In this document: piece by piece, positions 37,873 through 48,259 of the stretch
Layout: every line of letters begins with the position of its first letter
How positions within the stretch are numbered: position 1 is the stretch's first letter
Source of the DNA: an uncultured SAR86 cluster bacterium
GTDB taxonomy: Bacteria > Pseudomonadota > Gammaproteobacteria > Magnimaribacterales > D2472
Assembly (NCBI GenBank): GCA_902601475.1
Contig: CACKNK010000001.1
Coordinates: 208,584-272,583 of the forward strand
Direction: 5' to 3'
Length of the DNA stretch: 64,000 bases
The notes under the pieces: generated by a model
What the model saw: only the letters and a program-made list of their open reading frames with translations
Told to the model about the DNA's origin: nothing
The model's database searches: none
Position numbers and translations under genes: made by a program

Positions 37873-38895
37873 TCAAAGCTTCTTGCAAATTACATGTATT
37901 TGAGAACAATTATGATTTTTATCAATGATCTCTTGTAGCTGATCAGCATATTCAGAAAATTCATTTTCAAACCTTTGAATAAAATAATCAGAGCTTCCTG
38001 TTTTTTGCAAGCTAATCTGGATAGAGCGTTTTAAGTCTTGAATGTCAGTTCCAAATCTCCACTCCGCAATGGGCTTAACTCCAAGCTTTTTATTGAGGAT
38101 TTCAAGTGATTTTTCAGTAAATAGATGAGTATGTCCTCCACTTAAATGTCTGGGGAGAACATTCTCAAAAACAGATTCAATTGGAACAGATAAGCCATAT
38201 ATAGGAACGGAATAATATAAATATTTAAATGAAGATAAGTTAATAGCTTCAAGAAATTCATCCAAATTAGATATATGTTCCATAACTGCCATTAAAGATA
38301 AAACCTCAACATCTAATGATTTTATATGACTTGGAACGCGTTCAATATCTATTGATTCAAGGGGCCTTATGTCAAAATTTTTTTCGATAATACCGTTACC
38401 TGCATTGATTAGGGTTTTATTAACGTCTCCCCCTTTTGCATCAATGCCTCTGCTTAGAAAAGAATTGACAAGAAATCCTAGACCGCAACCAAAATCATAA
38501 ACTGATGAAATTTTTTTTGATAATTGATCAATCAGAAAATCAGCTTTGGGTAGATAAATATGATTAATACGATCATTGTAATTATCTTCTAAATAAAGCT
38601 TTGAATAATCAGATCCATCTTCATTTGAATATATTTCCTTAGCAAAATTAAGGGTGTCATCATGAATGCCATTCAAATGATCGCACTTGCGACAAAACTT
38701 ATATGAAACTAAATGCTTTGTAAAATCTATAGTTTCAGGCAGTTTGGATCCACATAATTTACATTTGTCTCTAGGAGGCTGTTTGAGGTAAACCCTATTC
38801 CTATCAAGTTCTGCTTTTAGCAAAGATTCATTGCGGTTGTAAAAACTTGATTTAATGTTCCTATAAAAATTTGATGATTTAGAGTATTTTTTCAT
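37873..38895 (-). CDS. Class I SAM-dependent methyltransferase with N-terminal Cys motifs
   Basis: CKLC and CRKC; VYDFGCGLG, VMEH and H..LFT. Confidence 0.82.
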   Translation of the reverse strand: MKKYSKSSNFYRNIKSSFYNRNESLLKAELDRNRVYLKQPPRDKCKLCGSKLPETIDFTKHLVSYKFCRKCDHLNGIHDDTLNFAKEIYSNEDGSDYSKLYLEDNYNDRINHIYLPKADFLIDQLSKKISSVYDFGCGLGFLVNSFLSRGIDAKGGDVNKTLINAGNGIIEKNFDIRPLESIDIERVPSHIKSLDVEVLSLMAVMEHISNLDEFLEAINLSSFKYLYYSVPIYGLSVPIESVFENVLPRHLSGGHTHLFTEKSLEILNKKLGVKPIAEWRFGTDIQDLKRSIQISLQKTGSSDYFIQRFENEFSEYADQLQEIIDKNHNCSQIHVICKKL

Positions 38896-38924
38896 TCTTA
38901 AGATCTTGTAGTAAAAATTAGTTT

Positions 38925-39716
38925 TTAATTTTTTTCACGATTTGTCCAAAATATTTTCTTTAAAACGCGAAAAGGTACCTTTAAAAATTCAGGAAAATAT
39001 TTGAATTTTATAAATGCCTTTACCCTTGATTCAAGATAATAAAAATAGCCGTTCTTTTGCGAATATTTTTCAAAATTTCTTTGATACCTTAGCTTAAGAG
39101 TGGAGGCATCTAATCCATCTTCATGAATACCAAATAATCTTAGCCAGTTAGCAATTCTTGCATTATGAGATGAACCAAACATTACATCTTCAGAGAAACA
39201 AAAATTGTTTAAGCCAGATTGACGTAAACGCTTTCTTATCATTCTTTCTTTATATTCATGGCCCTGAAACTCTCTGATATCAAAAGTAACTAAAAGAGAA
39301 TATATATTACTGAGTAGATTGGATTTAAGGAGACTATCTATTATATAAATTTCACTTCCTTCACAATTTGTTTTCATTACAACGAAATCATTAATACCAA
39401 TGTTTTCATTTAGCCATTGAGAGGCATCTCTTAATTCAATTTTTTCATATTGATCTGAGCAATTATCATTATTTGCTTCCTCAAAAATTGATCCAGACAA
39501 AGTTCCAGGCATATATAATGGAACCCTATCATTAGAATTACTTAAGCCAAATGGACATATTTCAACTCGACTATCTTGAGAAAATTTTTTATTAAGGATG
39601 TTTAATGCGTGGTTAGAAGGTTCAAAACAATAAACCTTATCAAATTTATATTTTGGCTTTAAAACTTCATCAAGAGTTTCTCCAAAATGAGAGCCAACAT
39701 CAAGAAATATGCGCAT
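38925..39716 (-). CDS. FkbM-family methyltransferase
   Basis: FLDVGSHFG, CFEP, PFGLSN and MKTNCEGSE. Confidence 0.85.
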   Translation of the reverse strand: MRIFLDVGSHFGETLDEVLKPKYKFDKVYCFEPSNHALNILNKKFSQDSRVEICPFGLSNSNDRVPLYMPGTLSGSIFEEANNDNCSDQYEKIELRDASQWLNENIGINDFVVMKTNCEGSEIYIIDSLLKSNLLSNIYSLLVTFDIREFQGHEYKERMIRKRLRQSGLNNFCFSEDVMFGSSHNARIANWLRLFGIHEDGLDASTLKLRYQRNFEKYSQKNGYFYYLESRVKAFIKFKYFPEFLKVPFRVLKKIFWTNREKN

Positions 39717-39823
39717 AGAAAATGGTCTTAAATAAATACATAATTATATCATTAGTAATTTTTAAAATTTGAGTTAAAAACATATCCTTAACTACTTTTT
39801 GAATAATATCTTAAAATTATAAT

Positions 39824-40795
39824 ATGTCAGTTTTAATTCTTGGGTATGGGAATAGATCTAAGAGCAATATTATTCCAGCCTTAAAAGCCCTAAACAAAAA
39901 AATCTATATCTATGGAAGAAATCCGCTAAAAACACTTGAGTTATGCAAACAGACTAATTGTATGCAAGTTAAAAGTCTTGATAGTTTACCTCAAAGCGTA
40001 GACATGATTTGTATCACAATCCCGTCAGATGTTTGTTTGGGCTATATAAATCAAATTAATAGCGATATTTGTTCAAAAAGTATTTTATATGTTGATACGC
40101 CTTTTTTTGGAAGTTTTAAAAACTTGAAACTTTTAAAACTTCAAAATAAATTTAGAAAAACCCTAGTAACTGAGGATTGGATAAGTAAGCCTTCTTTTGA
40201 AATAGTGAAAAGTCTTGCTTTGAAAAATAACCTTGGAGAATTAAAAGAGATCATTTTTAATAACTCTGGCTATTTTTATCATTCGCTCGCAATATCTCGA
40301 AGACTTTTTAAAAGAAAAATAAGCTTTGCATATTACAAAAATGGCAATTATTACTTTAATTTTGGATTAAAGAAAATGAGTATCATTAATCCAAAAAAAT
40401 ATGAAGATTGCTCAACAATCTATAAATTCAAACGCGGCATAATTGCTGATAGGGCAAATCATGAAGTGAAAATTGGCAAATGTGATCACGTCCTAACTCG
40501 ATCTCTAAGTGGTAAATCTTTGTCTTATGAATATTCATCAGACCTAACAAAAAATAAAAAGATCTTTAGTTTTCCACACTCATTAATTGAAAAAGATACT
40601 AACTATGAGAATATCGAAAAGTTTTTATCTCTTCAAAAGAAATTTACAGAAAATGAAATAGAATACTCTTTTGAGGAAGGTGCTTACGATAGTTTAATTT
40701 TTAATATCATTAATAAAACAAATTTTTTTATAGATATCTCTCTTAGAAATAATTCTCTCATTTATTTTATTTTAAAACTCTATGGCAAACTTTAA
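39824..40795 (+). CDS. Putative NAD(P)-dependent oxidoreductase (divergent Gfo/Idh/MocA-like)
   Basis: N-terminal Rossmann ILGYGNRS...IPAL, YGRN and VDTP in place of EKP. Confidence 0.5.
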   Translation: MSVLILGYGNRSKSNIIPALKALNKKIYIYGRNPLKTLELCKQTNCMQVKSLDSLPQSVDMICITIPSDVCLGYINQINSDICSKSILYVDTPFFGSFKNLKLLKLQNKFRKTLVTEDWISKPSFEIVKSLALKNNLGELKEIIFNNSGYFYHSLAISRRLFKRKISFAYYKNGNYYFNFGLKKMSIINPKKYEDCSTIYKFKRGIIADRANHEVKIGKCDHVLTRSLSGKSLSYEYSSDLTKNKKIFSFPHSLIEKDTNYENIEKFLSLQKKFTENEIEYSFEEGAYDSLIFNIINKTNFFIDISLRNNSLIYFILKLYGKL

Positions 40796-42251
40796 TACAT
40801 TCAAAAGCAAGCTAGACTTTGAAGAATTTTTTACTAAAAATAAATCAGAAAGCTTTATAGCGATCATTGGGTCTGGATTTGCATCCTTGTCATTAGTTAA
40901 AAATCTAAACACAAAGAAGATAATTGTCTTTGAAAAAGGTGAAAGGTTTAATGATCAATCCCTTCGTGGGCTAAAAATAGAAAATCTTGGTAATTATCAA
41001 CTAAAAGAAAATTCAATAGAAGAGTCTATTGGCGGATCATCAAACACATGGAGTGGAAGATTATCTGAGATGAATAAAGGAGAATTTTGTAGCACTAATA
41101 ATATTTGCATAAATATTTTTAATGAACTTATTAAAACTTTTTACAAAAAATCATGGAGATTTTTTGGATTTAAAAATTTTAAACAGATTGAAAGAGGCAA
41201 AAATGGTTATACAGAAAGAATTTTGCCGAAGCAATACAGCCCAATGAGAATAATTGAGTCCTTGAAAAGACTTAATATTAAATTAATTTATAAAGCCAAT
41301 GTCATAAATGTTGGTGAAGATTATTATGGAACGTTTATGAATGTAGTTTTTAATGATTTATTTGAAAAAAAAATATACTTTAAAAAAGTTGTTCTTGCCA
41401 ATGGAGGCATTAATTCATCGTTATTGCTAAAAAAATCATATCAAGATGGTTGCTTGAAGCCCAATAAATCTGAGCTCATTTCAAGTCATTATATGAATCA
41501 TCCAAAAATTATTTTTGAGAGGTTTTTTTCTAATCTTCCAAAAGAATCACCATTCTTTCTAAAAAAAAAATATGACTTAAACTTTTATGGTTATAGCCTA
41601 TCAAAAAGTATTAAAGAGGAAAGTTTTTTAAAAAATACTTATTTCACATTTCATCCAATTGCAATTGGTCAAAATACAATTGAATATGAGTGTGCAGATG
41701 AAATCATTCGCAACAAAAAGAAATGTTTTAAAATAATATTAGACTACATTAAAGAAAATAATTTTAACTTTTTTTCTATTTTAAAAATTTTTTATTTTTT
41801 GGGATGTAAGTTAAGAATTTTTAATATTCGAATTAAAAATTATGACTTAGAATATTTTTGTGAAATGCTCCCAAATAAAAGAAATAAAATATATGCTCAC
41901 CAAAACTCTATCAAGAGTGAAATAAATCTCTCAGAGGATGATTTCATAACTCTTGAGATCCTTCATCAAAAACTTGTTTCTGAATTTCCTTTAAATGTAA
42001 GAAGTAAATATAAAGATATAAATTTTAGAGATAAAAAATTTATTGATTCAAGTCATCATTTAGGCGGCATACCTTTGAGGGATGAACAAAAAAAGACTGT
42101 TATAAACGCTGACTTAAAAATTGTTGACTCAAAAAATATTTATGTTTGCAGTTCATCAGTATTTCAGAGTTCAGGCAGCTCAAATCCAACTCTTACGATT
42201 GTTGCTCTAGGTATAAGGCTAGCTGAACATCTGAATAATCTAAAAAAATAA
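40782..42251 (+). CDS. GMC-family FAD oxidoreductase
   Basis: IIGSG, IGGSSNTWSG, VVLANGG, YMNHP, SHHLGG and SGSSNPTLTIVAL. Confidence 0.85.
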   Translation: MANFNTFKSKLDFEEFFTKNKSESFIAIIGSGFASLSLVKNLNTKKIIVFEKGERFNDQSLRGLKIENLGNYQLKENSIEESIGGSSNTWSGRLSEMNKGEFCSTNNICINIFNELIKTFYKKSWRFFGFKNFKQIERGKNGYTERILPKQYSPMRIIESLKRLNIKLIYKANVINVGEDYYGTFMNVVFNDLFEKKIYFKKVVLANGGINSSLLLKKSYQDGCLKPNKSELISSHYMNHPKIIFERFFSNLPKESPFFLKKKYDLNFYGYSLSKSIKEESFLKNTYFTFHPIAIGQNTIEYECADEIIRNKKKCFKIILDYIKENNFNFFSILKIFYFLGCKLRIFNIRIKNYDLEYFCEMLPNKRNKIYAHQNSIKSEINLSEDDFITLEILHQKLVSEFPLNVRSKYKDINFRDKKFIDSSHHLGGIPLRDEQKKTVINADLKIVDSKNIYVCSSSVFQSSGSSNPTLTIVALGIRLAEHLNNLKK

Positions 42252-42268
42252 TTTTACCTATTATCTTC

Positions 42269-43849
42269 CTACTCCCACTCAATAGTGGCAGGTGGCTTAC
42301 CTGAAATATCATAAACCACCCTGCTTACTCCCTCTAACTCATTTACGATTCTATTAGATACCTTGCCCAAAAAGTCATATGGGAGCTTTGACCATTCAGC
42401 AGTCATAAAATCAATTGTTTTAACAGCTCTTAAAGCTATGACATCTGCGTAACGCCTTTCATCTCCAACAACACCTACAGATTTCACAGGAAGGTATACA
42501 CAAAATGCTTGGCTGACCTCATCATAAAAGCCTTCTTTTTTTAGCTCCTCAATAAATATTGCATCAGCTTCTTGAAGTATGTAAATGTTTTCTTGATTTA
42601 TCTCACCCAATATTCTGACTCCAAGCCCTGGACCAGGAAATGGATGTCTTTTAAGTATTTCATCTGGTAAGTTCAATAAAGCACCCATTTTTCTAACCTC
42701 ATCTTTAAATAAATCTCTTATTGGCTCTACAAGGTTCATTTTCATTTCATCTGGTAAACCGCCAACATTATGATGAGATTTTATAATTCTTGCTTCTTTT
42801 GATTCAGACTCAGATGACTCAATAACATCTGGATAAATTGTTCCCTGAGCTAAAAAATTAATTTCACTAGAAGAATGCAAATTAACTGATTCATTATCAA
42901 ATACATCTATAAATGTTCTGCCAATAACTTTTCTTTTTTGTTCTGGATCAGTTATCCCTTTTAAATGCCTATAAAATGTTTTCTTTGCATCGACAACTTC
43001 AAGATTTAGATCAATCTTATTTTTAAAAAGGTCTATCACCTCCTTAACTTCATTTTTTCTTAAGAGGCCATTATCTACAAACATACAGATTAAATTTTTG
43101 CCAATCGCCCTATCGAGCAGCATAGCAGTCACAGATGAATCAACTCCACCAGATAGACCTAATAGAACTTTTTTATCTCCAACTTGGGCTTTAATTTCCT
43201 GTATTCTTTGTTCAATTAAATCGTCTAATTTCCATGTCTTTTGTGATTTACATATTTCTACTGTGAAGTTTTCTATAATTTTTTGACCCTTATTCGTATG
43301 CGTTACCTCTGGATGAAATTGAAGTGCATAATAAGGCTTGTCTTTATGCTCCATAGCCGCAATAGGCGCAGATTCAGTTGAAGCGCTTAAGATAAAACCG
43401 TCAGGTAAGATTGAAACATGATCTCCGTGACTCATCCAAACATCAAGATTATCAGCATCTAGATCATTGAAGATTTTTGATGAATGCTCAATCTTTAATT
43501 CTGCGTAACCAAACTCCTTCTTAGAGGAAGTTCGAACACTTCCTCCATTTTGCTCAGCAAGAGTTTGCATCCCATAGCAAATACCAAGAATCGGAATATC
43601 TAAGTTAAAAATAATTTCTGGAATCCTAGGAGTATTTTCTTGGGTAACAGATTCTGGTCCTCCAGAAAGAATAACGCCTTTAGGTCTTAATGAGGATATT
43701 TTCTCTGGAGCAATATCCCATGGATATATTTCTGAATATACTCCTAACTCTCGTACTCTCCGAGCGATTAATTGAGTATATTGAGATCCAAAATCAAGAA
43801 CCAAAATAGTATCAAGATCTTCCTTGGATAGAGAACCCTTAATGCTCAT
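42269..43849 (-). CDS. guaA: GMP synthase (glutamine-hydrolysing)
   Basis: [36 protein letters not shown] and KPPATIEWE. Confidence 0.98.
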   Translation of the reverse strand: MSIKGSLSKEDLDTILVLDFGSQYTQLIARRVRELGVYSEIYPWDIAPEKISSLRPKGVILSGGPESVTQENTPRIPEIIFNLDIPILGICYGMQTLAEQNGGSVRTSSKKEFGYAELKIEHSSKIFNDLDADNLDVWMSHGDHVSILPDGFILSASTESAPIAAMEHKDKPYYALQFHPEVTHTNKGQKIIENFTVEICKSQKTWKLDDLIEQRIQEIKAQVGDKKVLLGLSGGVDSSVTAMLLDRAIGKNLICMFVDNGLLRKNEVKEVIDLFKNKIDLNLEVVDAKKTFYRHLKGITDPEQKRKVIGRTFIDVFDNESVNLHSSSEINFLAQGTIYPDVIESSESESKEARIIKSHHNVGGLPDEMKMNLVEPIRDLFKDEVRKMGALLNLPDEILKRHPFPGPGLGVRILGEINQENIYILQEADAIFIEELKKEGFYDEVSQAFCVYLPVKSVGVVGDERRYADVIALRAVKTIDFMTAEWSKLPYDFLGKVSNRIVNELEGVSRVVYDISGKPPATIEWE

Positions 43850-44412
43850 TTAATGAGTGGTGATATTTGATCAATTAGTTTTGAGACCTCAGGCTTATTA
43901 TCATTAATTTCCTGCATTGACAGTCCTTCAAGTTCATGTGGGAATACTAACCATTTATCAGTTTCATGTAGGTAGTAATCTGGTTTTCTTTTAGTTTTAT
44001 TTTTTGTTGGCTTGAAATACGGTGTAGCAACTCTTATTTCAGGTGTGTTTTTTTTACAAGCGAATTTAAGGTCAGAAATAATCTTTTCAATAGAGATGCC
44101 AGTGTCGTGGACATCATCAACTATAAGGAGTGAGTCTTCAGACTCCACTTGCTTAATGATGTAGTTAAGTCCATAGACTTGAACTTCGCTATCTCTTTGA
44201 TTTATAGCCTTATAGTGGGAAGTTCTAATGGCAATGTGATCTGAGGGTACGCCAAGTACACTAAAAAGTTCTTGAACGGCTATTCCAATAGGAGCACCGC
44301 CCCTCCAAACACCAATAATATAATTCGGCCTGTAACCGTCCTCAAAAACTTTCAAAGCAAGGTCGAACGAGTCCTGAATAAGATCTTCGGCTCTAATGAA
44401 ATGCTTTTCCAT
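43846..44412 (-). CDS. Type I phosphoribosyltransferase, probable purine salvage (Gpt-like)
   Basis: WRGG, PRPP loop [10 protein letters not shown] and C-terminal PDYY...WLVFPHE; ATGA overlap with guaA. Confidence 0.82.
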   Translation of the reverse strand: MEKHFIRAEDLIQDSFDLALKVFEDGYRPNYIIGVWRGGAPIGIAVQELFSVLGVPSDHIAIRTSHYKAINQRDSEVQVYGLNYIIKQVESEDSLLIVDDVHDTGISIEKIISDLKFACKKNTPEIRVATPYFKPTKNKTKRKPDYYLHETDKWLVFPHELEGLSMQEINDNKPEVSKLIDQISPLIK

Positions 44413-44417
44413 GGGTA

Positions 44418-44423
44418 ATTATA
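44418..44423 (-). promoter_or_regulatory. -10 hexamer TATAAT 5 nt before the PRTase ATG
   Basis: TATAAT-taccc-ATG with no Shine-Dalgarno sequence. Confidence 0.5.
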
Positions 44424-44465
44424 TATTGATAACCATGAAATTTAAGAGCAGAGCTGAATAACTTT

Positions 44466-46766
44466 TTAGTAATTCATGCTCAATCTAAGCATATATTGTC
44501 TTGGTGGAATTAATTCTAAACCTGTAGCTGCAACTCCAAACACGTCTGTCATACTGGAATTAACTCCATCTTCATCAGTTGCATTCAGGATCATAAAATC
44601 TAATCCCCATTTATCACCAACAAAATCAAGGCTCGCAGTTAAGTTCAAAATATCATAAGCATCAATAGCATCAACTATCGGATTGTTATTCACCCGTTGC
44701 TGGAATTCGCCTCTTTCAACATATTGAAGTATTCCAGTAAACATTGTTCCAGAAGATAATACAGTCTCATATGTCATTGTTATGTCAGCTGTAAATTCAG
44801 GAGTTTTAGCTAATTCATTACCTTTAATATTTTTTCTTAGGCCATATCTCAAATCTTCTTCACCAAAGAAATACTGGTATGCATCAACATTATCTAGTGC
44901 TTCATAATCAGAGGATACCTCTGAATCAAGAAATGCTAGATTCATGTCTAAAGTTAGCGAATCAGAAATTAAGCCAGTAAATTCAATCTCTAAACCTGAC
45001 ATTTCTGATTCTGGAATGTTGGCAACTCCACCACGGTATGGATCAGGATCTGTCGCTTGGAATTGAAGATTTTCATAATCATATGAAAAGATTGCAATAT
45101 TTGCTCTTGCCCTACCATCATATAAATCTGTTTTAAGACCAAATTCCATAGACTCTACTGTTTCAGCAGCAAAATTTGGGAAAACCATTGGGGGCGCATT
45201 ATCATCAGCAAAGCCATATGTAAGATTTGTTCCTCCTGGTTTAAAGCCAGCCGAGAAAGCAAGATATGCCAAAGTATCATCATCAAGATCAAATTCAGCA
45301 GCAATTTTTCCAGTTGTCTTATCAGAACTTCCACTTAAGTTGTCACATACAGTTGTGAAGAAATTTTTAACACAACTTTCGACCTCATCATCAGAATAAC
45401 GAAGCCCACTAAGAATACGAAATTCGTCAGAAACGCTGTAGGTGGTTTCTCCATAAACTGAGAATGACTCTCTTTTTGGAAAAGCATCACTTACAAAATC
45501 AAATTCAAAGAAAAACCAGGGATCCGGACCACCAACTGTAAAACAGTAATCATTTCTTGCAAAAGGCTCACCACAAACATATTGTAATTCTCCGTCTAAA
45601 TCATTATCTCTATATCCTCGAATATGATTTTCAATCTCATGATCCATGTAGAAAGCACCAATAGTCCAATCAAGCTTCCCACCCACTGCTGGCTCATTAG
45701 AAACTAAATTAATTTCAAAAGTTGTTGTGTCAACTAAAGAGGTTTCAGGGCGAAACTCAGCTCTCTGATAAGTTGCTCCGTCTCCTAGTCCAGGAATTGC
45801 TAAAACGGGATCACCGAAATTGTGACGATCATTATCTCTGGTTACTGAAATATCATCCTCTTGCATGCTCGCCATAATTTTTAAATTTGCATAACCAAGA
45901 TCAGATTCATAAATTGCAGCAAAGATCTTTGAAGTTAGCTCATGATTTGAGATAGAGTCTTGAGATAAGTCCCTTGGGTCTGGTGATGGATCATCAATAC
46001 CTTTCATCGCAGAACCATTTCTATCAACTTCAAAAAACTGACCAAAAAATCTTAATGAAGAACTATTTCCAAATTCTGTAAGGAAATCCGCACGAAGGCT
46101 CAAGTTACTATCATCATCTAGATCTTGTCCAGTTACTAAATTTTCACTAAAACCATCTCTTTCTGAAGTAGAAATTGAAAATCTGGCAGCAGTTGAACTA
46201 CCTAATACGATATTATTAGATGAGCGAAATCTTGTTAGGCCATAATTTCCAAAAGTAATATCAGATTTCCCTAAATATCCTTCCATAGATGGTTTTTTAC
46301 TGATTACATTTATCACACCCCCAGTAGAATTCTGTCCGAAAAGTGTTCCTTGAGGGCCTCTTAAAACCTCAATTCTTTCTACATCAATAAAATCAGTTTG
46401 TAATGAAAAGGGAGAAGCTATAAAAATACCATCCATATGGAAAGCAACTGAAGGAGCTGCTATCGCATTTTGATTGGTTTCATTTCCAACACCTCTTATA
46501 GAAATTACCGTCTTATAGCCTTCATTCTTTGCAACAGTTACTCCTGGAACAATTGCACTTAGATCTACAAAAGAGGTAATGTTTTTATTTTCTATATCCT
46601 CATCACTTATTGCCGTCACCGCTTGTGATATATCTTGCAAGCTTTCACTTCTCTTTTCGGCAGTTACAAATACTTCTTCTATAAAGCTATCTTGTGCACT
46701 AAGACCAATACAACCAAATAGAAGTGCGAAAAACTTAATACTTTTAAGATGACTTGTTGATTTCAT
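44466..46766 (-). CDS. TonB-dependent receptor
   Basis: Signal peptide, TonB box EEVFVTAEKR, plug IRG...ERIEVLRGPQGTLFG..STGGVIN and C-terminal PRQY...Y. Confidence 0.95.
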   Translation of the reverse strand: MKSTSHLKSIKFFALLFGCIGLSAQDSFIEEVFVTAEKRSESLQDISQAVTAISDEDIENKNITSFVDLSAIVPGVTVAKNEGYKTVISIRGVGNETNQNAIAAPSVAFHMDGIFIASPFSLQTDFIDVERIEVLRGPQGTLFGQNSTGGVINVISKKPSMEGYLGKSDITFGNYGLTRFRSSNNIVLGSSTAARFSISTSERDGFSENLVTGQDLDDDSNLSLRADFLTEFGNSSSLRFFGQFFEVDRNGSAMKGIDDPSPDPRDLSQDSISNHELTSKIFAAIYESDLGYANLKIMASMQEDDISVTRDNDRHNFGDPVLAIPGLGDGATYQRAEFRPETSLVDTTTFEINLVSNEPAVGGKLDWTIGAFYMDHEIENHIRGYRDNDLDGELQYVCGEPFARNDYCFTVGGPDPWFFFEFDFVSDAFPKRESFSVYGETTYSVSDEFRILSGLRYSDDEVESCVKNFFTTVCDNLSGSSDKTTGKIAAEFDLDDDTLAYLAFSAGFKPGGTNLTYGFADDNAPPMVFPNFAAETVESMEFGLKTDLYDGRARANIAIFSYDYENLQFQATDPDPYRGGVANIPESEMSGLEIEFTGLISDSLTLDMNLAFLDSEVSSDYEALDNVDAYQYFFGEEDLRYGLRKNIKGNELAKTPEFTADITMTYETVLSSGTMFTGILQYVERGEFQQRVNNNPIVDAIDAYDILNLTASLDFVGDKWGLDFMILNATDEDGVNSSMTDVFGVAATGLELIPPRQYMLRLSMNY

Positions 46767-46892
46767 AATTTTTTAATCCCTTATTAAAGAAAATGCTCTT
46801 ATATAATATTTATGCAATATTAATGCCATTTTTTGTTAGATAATTTTTAAAATCTGGAACCTTGAAAAGTATGAGAGATTTACTTTTGGTTG

Positions 46893-46906
46893 TTAAATGC
46901 ATTTAA
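46893..46906. promoter_or_regulatory. 14-bp palindrome in the receptor/permease divergent intergenic region
   Basis: TTAAATGCATTTAA. Confidence 0.35.
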
Positions 46907-46968
46907 AAGCTATAACAAAAATATAGTATAAGTTGTAAACTTAATTTTTAAATACCTTTAGAGAAAAA

Positions 46969-48258
46969 ATGCTCGAAAAAATCTTCAAATTAAAAAATTT
47001 TAATACTGATTTTAAAAGTGAGGTTCTTGCAGGCATCACTACTTTCATAACTATGGCATACATTATCTTCGTAAATCCACAAATGATGGCTGCAAGCGGC
47101 ATGGATATTGGTGCTAGTTTCGTTGGAACATGTATTGCTGCTTCTATTGCGTGTATCGCAATGGGAGTATATGCAAATTGGCCTGTTGGTTTAGCGCCCG
47201 GCATGGGTTTAAATGCATTTTTTACCTACACAGTAGTCGGTGAGATGGGTTACTCATGGGAAGTGGCTTTAGGTGCAGTATTTCTAGCTGGAATTCTGTT
47301 TTTTATAATGAGTGTAACGCCTCTCAGGCAATGGATGCTAGAGAGTATTCCTTTCAATTTACGAATTGCAATGGGTGCTGGTGTTGGTTTATTCATTGGA
47401 ATTATTGGTCTTAAAAGTGGTGGAATAATTACTTCAAATGAAGCTACCCTCCTCAGCATGGGTGACCTTACAAACCCGGAGACAATTTTAGCAATGTTTA
47501 GTTTTTTAGTAATTGCTGTGCTTTCGATCCGTAAAATACCTGGTGCCATTGTCATAGGAATATTTTTAGTTACTTCCATAGCTTTGGCTTTAAATCTTAT
47601 TAAATTTAATGGGATCGTTTCATCGCCCCCCTCCTTAATGCCAGTTTTGTTAAAACTTGATATTTCTCAAGCCTTTGATTTAGCCATGATCAGCATCATT
47701 ATGTCCTTTCTCTTTGTTAACTTATTCGATACAGCTGGAACCCTTGTCGGAGTAGCTAATCAGGCTAAACTCATAAACGCTAATGGTGATATTGATAATT
47801 TAGATAGAGCACTGAAAGCTGATAGTAGTTCAAGTGCTGTTGGTTCTTTATTTGGATGCTCTCCTGTGACTAGTTACGTTGAAAGCTCTGCTGGAATAGA
47901 GGCTGGCGGAAGAACTGGTTTAACTGCAGTCACAGTTGGAATGTTGTTTCTTTTGGCAATATTTTTTGCTCCACTAGCTTCGATGATTCCTACTTATGCA
48001 ACATCTGGTGCATTGATTTACGTAGCGATCTTGATGCTGAGCAGCATGGAAAAACTGAATTGGTCTGATTTAAGCGACCTGCTACCGGCTCTAGTAATAG
48101 TTGTGATGATGCCATTAACCTTTTCGATCGCTAATGGAATAGCACTTGGATTTTTATCTTATGTGATAATAAAAATTTTTTCAGGACAACTTAAAGCTAT
48201 TTCCTCAGGAGCATGGTTTCTTACAATAATCTTTTTGTCAAAATTTATTTTTTTATAA
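46969..48258 (+). CDS. NCS2/AzgA-like purine nucleobase permease
   Basis: EVLAGITTFITMAYIIFVNP, APGMGLNAFF, FDTAGTL, YVESSAGIEAGGRTGLT and PLTFSIANG. Confidence 0.93.
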   Translation: MLEKIFKLKNFNTDFKSEVLAGITTFITMAYIIFVNPQMMAASGMDIGASFVGTCIAASIACIAMGVYANWPVGLAPGMGLNAFFTYTVVGEMGYSWEVALGAVFLAGILFFIMSVTPLRQWMLESIPFNLRIAMGAGVGLFIGIIGLKSGGIITSNEATLLSMGDLTNPETILAMFSFLVIAVLSIRKIPGAIVIGIFLVTSIALALNLIKFNGIVSSPPSLMPVLLKLDISQAFDLAMISIIMSFLFVNLFDTAGTLVGVANQAKLINANGDIDNLDRALKADSSSSAVGSLFGCSPVTSYVESSAGIEAGGRTGLTAVTVGMLFLLAIFFAPLASMIPTYATSGALIYVAILMLSSMEKLNWSDLSDLLPALVIVVMMPLTFSIANGIALGFLSYVIIKIFSGQLKAISSGAWFLTIIFLSKFIFL

Positions 48259-48259
48259 G

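Larger units (their letters stand above)
25474..42251. other. Surface-glycan modification island (flexible/hypervariable region)
   Basis: A run of glycosyl-, acyl-, carbamoyl- and methyltransferase and oxidoreductase genes, visibly more AT-rich, bounded by tRNA-Leu and guaA. No integrase seen. Confidence 0.8.

Noticed and set aside
46767-46968. Canonical purine riboswitch
   Set aside because: The conserved core and three-stem junction could not be found on either strand by eye.
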